Shown here: positions 6,913 to 10,553 of the stretch, piece by piece | How positions within the stretch are numbered: position 1 is the stretch's first letter | How the letters are laid out: every line of letters begins with the position of its first letter | Assembly: GCA_046757525.1 (NCBI GenBank) | Contig: JBHHYI010000141.1 | Coordinates: forward strand, 1-10,553 | Origin: a bacterium | GTDB lineage: Bacteria; Zhuqueibacterota; Zhuqueibacteria; Oceanimicrobiales; Oceanimicrobiaceae | Direction of reading: 5' to 3' | Length of the DNA stretch: 10,553 nt | Position numbers and translations under genes: made by a program | The notes under the pieces: generated by a model | What the model was told of the DNA's origin: nothing | Database searches by the model: none | Seen by the model: the letters and a program-made list of their open reading frames with translations, nothing else

Positions 6913-8334
6913 TCAATTAAACGAAAAAGTAATCAGGGTGGAACCGATAAATTCAATCCCGTTTTCTGCATAATTCAGACTGCCATCTATTTTCAAGTTT
7001 CGGTTCAAAATAAATCCCAACCCAAAGGTGAAATGGACCCGATCGATTGCCTTTGGAAACAGTCGCCGCAAGTCAGGATCGTTTTTTCTGGCATAAACGC
7101 GATGTCCGGGATCGGTGTGGAAACCGACCCTGACAGGAACAAATCCCAACCTGGGGACCTTAACTAAATATTCCAGGCCCAGGTGCACCTCGAAGACATC
7201 GTCAACCGTCAGATCCGGCTCCCCGTCGGGGTCGATGTAGCTGCCGCTCACCGGGACAAAGACGTCATCTTCGACAGCATTCAAATCGTTGCCATTCAGC
7301 AGGTCTGAGTATTCGATTCGCAACAAGTCAAAGCTAAACCGGAGCCGGTCCGAGGCGAGATAGTAGAAGCCTAATCCGTAAGTGTCTGGAATGGAGAAGA
7401 AGAAAGTTTCGTTTTCGGGTTCAGCAGCTTCAAACACGAGGGAGCCCAGGCGATATTCCGGAAGGAATATTTTGTTGGTGACCGCAAATCTGGGATTAAT
7501 GTTGAGCACCCCACCGACGAAAAGCCTGTCGAACAGCAGTTTCCCCAGAAACCCAAAGCTAAAACTGGGGTCTGGTTCGGCCCGGTCCAAACTGGAGACG
7601 GAGTACAAGTTTTCTACGGAGTTTTCAACCGGCCCTGATTTTGACGTGATTTCCGGATCGAGGAATTTGCTTTCTGTGAGATTGATGTTTAGTTCTGAGA
7701 TCTTCAACGAGACGCCAAAACTAAAATTGTCAGAAAACTTGAAGGCCATGGCCACGCCGTTGTTGACCACTTCCAGACTCAGGTTGACTTTGCGGCCCGG
7801 AAAATTGCCAAGCCCGCCTAACTTCTGCTGAAAATCTAACGGCGCCTCTGTGGTTAAGAATTGGCGGGTTTCAAAGTTAAAACGGGAGTCCACAGAGACC
7901 TGTCTGAAAGTGGAAAATGAAAAGCGTTTAAACGGGTAGACGATGTTGACCATATTCTGGTCGAAACTGTTGTTGGTGATTTTCTTTTTGCCATTGGGGT
8001 GGTCGGGCGAGCCTTCCGGCTCCTTGAATTCGAAGCGTGCCTGGCGCTGGTGCAGGGATGCGGCTGGTTCGGTCAAGAAGGTCAAGCCGGCCGGATTGAT
8101 GACCGCCGCCGTCTCATCGAAAGCAGCCGCGATGAAAGCACCGCCCAACGCAGAAGGGCGCGCCCCCGGAATGATGAAATCTACACGCAGGAAATTCAAA
8201 TTGACCGGTACCGTGGGCGGGCGCGGAATCGACGTTTGGGCAAAAGTGGTTGATTCAACTCCACAGAAAGCCAGGCTAATCAAGAGGCCAAATAGGACAG
8301 GACGTTTACACGTTTGAGTTTCCTCCCTCTGCAT
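6913..8334 (-). CDS. Outer-membrane beta-barrel, FadL/OmpP1/TodX (PorV-like) superfamily
   Basis: Signal peptide KRPVLFGLLISLAFCGVESTTFA|Q. Hatch motif PGARPSALGGAFIAAAFDETAAVINPAGL. Many amphipathic strands ending in aromatic residues (FSFGVSLK, PDTYGLGFYY, EVHLGLEY, FTFGLGF) and C-terminus ITFSFN. AGGAG lies 6 nt before ATG 8334, giving 473 aa. Confidence 0.88.
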   Translation of the reverse strand: MQREETQTCKRPVLFGLLISLAFCGVESTTFAQTSIPRPPTVPVNLNFLRVDFIIPGARPSALGGAFIAAAFDETAAVINPAGLTFLTEPAASLHQRQARFEFKEPEGSPDHPNGKKKITNNSFDQNMVNIVYPFKRFSFSTFRQVSVDSRFNFETRQFLTTEAPLDFQQKLGGLGNFPGRKVNLSLEVVNNGVAMAFKFSDNFSFGVSLKISELNINLTESKFLDPEITSKSGPVENSVENLYSVSSLDRAEPDPSFSFGFLGKLLFDRLFVGGVLNINPRFAVTNKIFLPEYRLGSLVFEAAEPENETFFFSIPDTYGLGFYYLASDRLRFSFDLLRIEYSDLLNGNDLNAVEDDVFVPVSGSYIDPDGEPDLTVDDVFEVHLGLEYLVKVPRLGFVPVRVGFHTDPGHRVYARKNDPDLRRLFPKAIDRVHFTFGLGFILNRNLKIDGSLNYAENGIEFIGSTLITFSFN

Positions 8335-8770
8335 GAACAACTCCTGACTGGGGATTAGAAGTCCTTTGTCAAAGCGTAGGTTAACACATCTCATAGACAA
8401 AATCAAGAGAATTATATTCCGGGCCGCTTGTTTCTCTCCACAGATGAAGGGGGGGGATTTTCTAATTGCTTTCCTGGTAAACAATGGTTACATTTTGAGG
8501 CGCCTTTGCGAAACGGTCACTTGAGAAGCAGTGCCCTACTCGGGATGACTCGCACATTGCTTCTGGGGAACGCTCCTTGAACGGCCTGCAAAAATCAGCG
8601 CAGCAAAATCCGGCCGCCGCCGGGTATTCTTGCAGAGGCAATGCTCCGTTTGAAGGGAGACAGATTTTCACTCGTCCAGAACGAAAATCAGAGGGATGTC
8701 TTGTCGACAGAACCGTGGCTTGGGTTGTTAGGACGCCTCCTAAAATCCTCCCGGTCTTTTCGCTGGACGC

Positions 8771-8786
8771 TGCAAAAACCGTCCCC
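8771..8786 (-). promoter_or_regulatory. Putative sigma54 (-24/-12) promoter driving the barrel gene
   Basis: Minus strand GGGGAC-GGTTT-TTGCA vs consensus TGGCAC-N5-TTGCA, with exact GG-N10-GC spacing, adjacent to a sigma54 activator gene. The copy 1 equivalent (6583-6598) is GGGGAT-GGTTT-TTGAA. Confidence 0.45.
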
Positions 8787-8821
8787 CTTTGAAAAAGAGG
8801 GATTCTTTGCAAGCACTGTAT

Positions 8822-8834
8822 AATCAAATAGTTG
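8822..8834 (+). promoter_or_regulatory. Putative IHF binding site; overlaps a TATAAT hexamer (8819-8824) facing the activator gene
   Basis: AATCAA-ATAG-TTG matches WATCAA-N4-TTR exactly and lies ~36-48 bp upstream of the putative -24 box. Confidence 0.4.
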
Positions 8835-8876
8835 TGTCATCTTGGTTGAACCGGACGATTTCATGTTTGTTAGTTG

Positions 8877-10412
8877 ATGAACAAGATGAACCCTGACAAG
8901 AAAGTGCAGAAACTGCACCAATCCATTCACGAACTGCAAACTTTAAACAAACTGGCCCTTGCCATTTCCTCCACGGTAGACTTAGACGCGCTGATCAACA
9001 CCATCTTGCAAGCAGCAGCCGAACTCACCGGAGCCACTCAGGGCGCCATCCTCCTGACCAAGGAGCAACCGGAGGAAAAATTCACAACTCTGCTGCGAGT
9101 GGGCGACAACCAGGAAGAAGCGCTGGTGCACAAGATTTGCATGAACCTGGCTGGTTGGATTCTTAAGAATCAAGAATCGCTGCTGCTGAACGATGTTTTA
9201 GCGGATGGCCGCTTTAAAGGCCTGGCCCAATTAGGGTACCCGTTACAATCCGTCCTCGGGCTTCCCATTCGAACCAGAAGGGAAATCTTCGGCGTTTTGA
9301 TTATTCACAACAAGGAGGGGGAAAAGAACTTCACCGAAAACGATCTGCGCCTTCTGAACATCATCGCTTCGCAATCGGCCCACGTATTGGAAAACGCCAG
9401 CCTGCTGCGGCACTTAAAGGAAGAAAACGTCCATTTGAAAAAGGAGGTCGCAAGGAAGTACAGCTTCGATCAGATCATTGGGCGCAGTGCCGCCATGACC
9501 AAAGTATTCGATCTCTTGGAGAAAATCATTCCCACCGAGGCCAGGGTGTTGATTCAAGGCGAAAGTGGCACGGGCAAGGAGCTCATCGCCCGCGCCATTC
9601 ACTACAATGGACCGAGAAAAGAGAAGCGCTTCGTCGCCATCGATTGCGGGGCCTTGCCGGAGAATCTTCTGGAAAGCGAATTGTTCGGCCATGTCAAAGG
9701 CGCTTTCACCGGCGCCATCGAGAGCAAGAAAGGCATCTTTCAAGCGGCCGACGGCGGCACACTCTTTTTGGATGAAATCAACAACACCAGCCTTAGTCTG
9801 CAGACCAAACTGCTCAGAGCGATTCAAGAGGGAGAAATTCGTCCCGTCGGAGGCACCAGGCCCCTTCAGGTCAACGTTCGAATCCTGTGTGCGACGTCGC
9901 AAGATTTGACCCAATCGGTCAAGAATGGCACCTTTCGAGAGGAGCTGCTCTTCCGACTCAAAGTCGTGACCTTGAATCTTCCTCCTTTGCGCGACCGCAA
10001 AGAGGACATCCCCATCCTGGCCAACCATTTTTTGAAACAGTTTAGCGAAGCTTCCCACAAACGACTCCAGGGATTCAGCAGGAGGGCGCTGGAGTTGCTC
10101 ACGCACTACGCGTGGCCCGGCAACATTCGTGAACTGGAACACGCCGTCGAAAGCAGCGTGATTCTGGCCGAACCTGCCAGCCAACTTGTGGAGCCTGAGT
10201 TGCTGCCAGAAGAAATTCGTGCTTCAGCAACGTCCTTCGGTCTCGAGTTGCCGGCCGACGCTTCGACTCTGACCGGCGCTGTGGAGGCCGTGGAACGTAA
10301 AATGGTGGCCCAGGCCCTGGAAGAGTTTGGTGGCAACCGCACCAAAGCGGCGCAAAGCCTGGGTCTCAGCCGCCGGGGTTTGCTCAACAAAATTGAGCGG
10401 TACGGACTGTAG
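8877..10412 (+). CDS. Sigma54-dependent enhancer-binding protein (GAF - AAA+ - Fis-type HTH)
   Basis: N-terminal GAF (LGLPI...IFGVLIIHN...FTENDLRLLNIIASQSA) and a coiled coil. Walker A GESGTGKE, ESELFGHVKGAFTGA, Walker B LFLDEI, WPGNIREL, HTH GNRTKAAQSLGLSRRGLLNKI. Start is TTG 8874, ATG 8877 or ATG 8886. Confidence 0.96.
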   Translation: MNKMNPDKKVQKLHQSIHELQTLNKLALAISSTVDLDALINTILQAAAELTGATQGAILLTKEQPEEKFTTLLRVGDNQEEALVHKICMNLAGWILKNQESLLLNDVLADGRFKGLAQLGYPLQSVLGLPIRTRREIFGVLIIHNKEGEKNFTENDLRLLNIIASQSAHVLENASLLRHLKEENVHLKKEVARKYSFDQIIGRSAAMTKVFDLLEKIIPTEARVLIQGESGTGKELIARAIHYNGPRKEKRFVAIDCGALPENLLESELFGHVKGAFTGAIESKKGIFQAADGGTLFLDEINNTSLSLQTKLLRAIQEGEIRPVGGTRPLQVNVRILCATSQDLTQSVKNGTFREELLFRLKVVTLNLPPLRDRKEDIPILANHFLKQFSEASHKRLQGFSRRALELLTHYAWPGNIRELEHAVESSVILAEPASQLVEPELLPEEIRASATSFGLELPADASTLTGAVEAVERKMVAQALEEFGGNRTKAAQSLGLSRRGLLNKIERYGL

Positions 10413-10414
10413 AA

Positions 10415-10440
10415 TTAGGCATTAAGTGCCTGGTTTTTCT
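10415..10440 (+). terminator. Putative intrinsic terminator of the activator gene
   Basis: TTAGGCAT-TAA-GTGCCTGG hairpin (with G-U pairs) followed by TTTTTCT, immediately after the stop codon. Confidence 0.45.
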
Positions 10441-10553
10441 CCAACAGGCTTCTCTGCAAGTACAAAAAAGCGGCGTTTGTTAGGAGCTTCCGTAATCCGG
10501 TGCAACAGCATTGCTTTAAATGCCGGAAACGCCAAAGGCAGCCCTGTCTTGCA

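Larger units (their letters stand above)
8630..8841 (-). repeat. Copy 2 of the duplicated promoter/leader element, in the divergent region between the barrel gene and the sigma54 activator
   Basis: Direct repeat of 6444-6650, offset 2187 nt in the core, with a few indels toward the right end. Confidence 0.9.

Noticed and set aside
8335..8484. 50-aa N-terminal extension of the barrel ORF (start 8484)
   Set aside because: ATG 8334 has a good AGGAG and directly precedes the signal peptide; the extension does not look like part of an exported protein.
8587..8603. Second sigma54-like box on - (TGCGCT-GATTT-TTGCA)
   Set aside because: Lacks the invariant GG at -24.
9414..10184. 256-aa antisense ORF, and the other ORFs overlapping the six CDSs
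   Set aside because: Shadow ORFs within well-supported genes, with no recognisable motifs.
1..10553. CRISPR array, tRNA/rRNA, transposase or integrase
   Set aside because: No regularly spaced repeats, cloverleaf or rRNA-like sequence, or recombinase motifs were seen.

Overview
A ~10.5 kb window from a diderm bacterium with six credible CDSs. On + there is a membrane-anchored di-heme c-type cytochrome (271-1245). On - there is a four-gene run: a FadL/OmpP1/PorV-like outer-membrane beta-barrel, a secreted TPR + Ig-like + single-TM + STAND-type ATPase protein, a STAND-type ATPase + winged-helix + Hanks Ser/Thr kinase fusion, and a small lipoprotein. Divergent from that run on + is a GAF-AAA+-Fis sigma54 activator. 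The most interesting reading (inference) is a trans-envelope signalling module in which a membrane STAND receptor couples to a paralogous STAND-kinase. A ~205 bp non-coding element is duplicated upstream of both the barrel and the receptor gene. It carries a sigma54-like -24/-12 box, an IHF-like site and hairpins whose substitutions favour pairing on the minus-strand RNA. The intergenic spaces also hold several REP-like palindromes, two of which show compensatory changes. No rRNA, tRNA, CRISPR array or transposase was seen.
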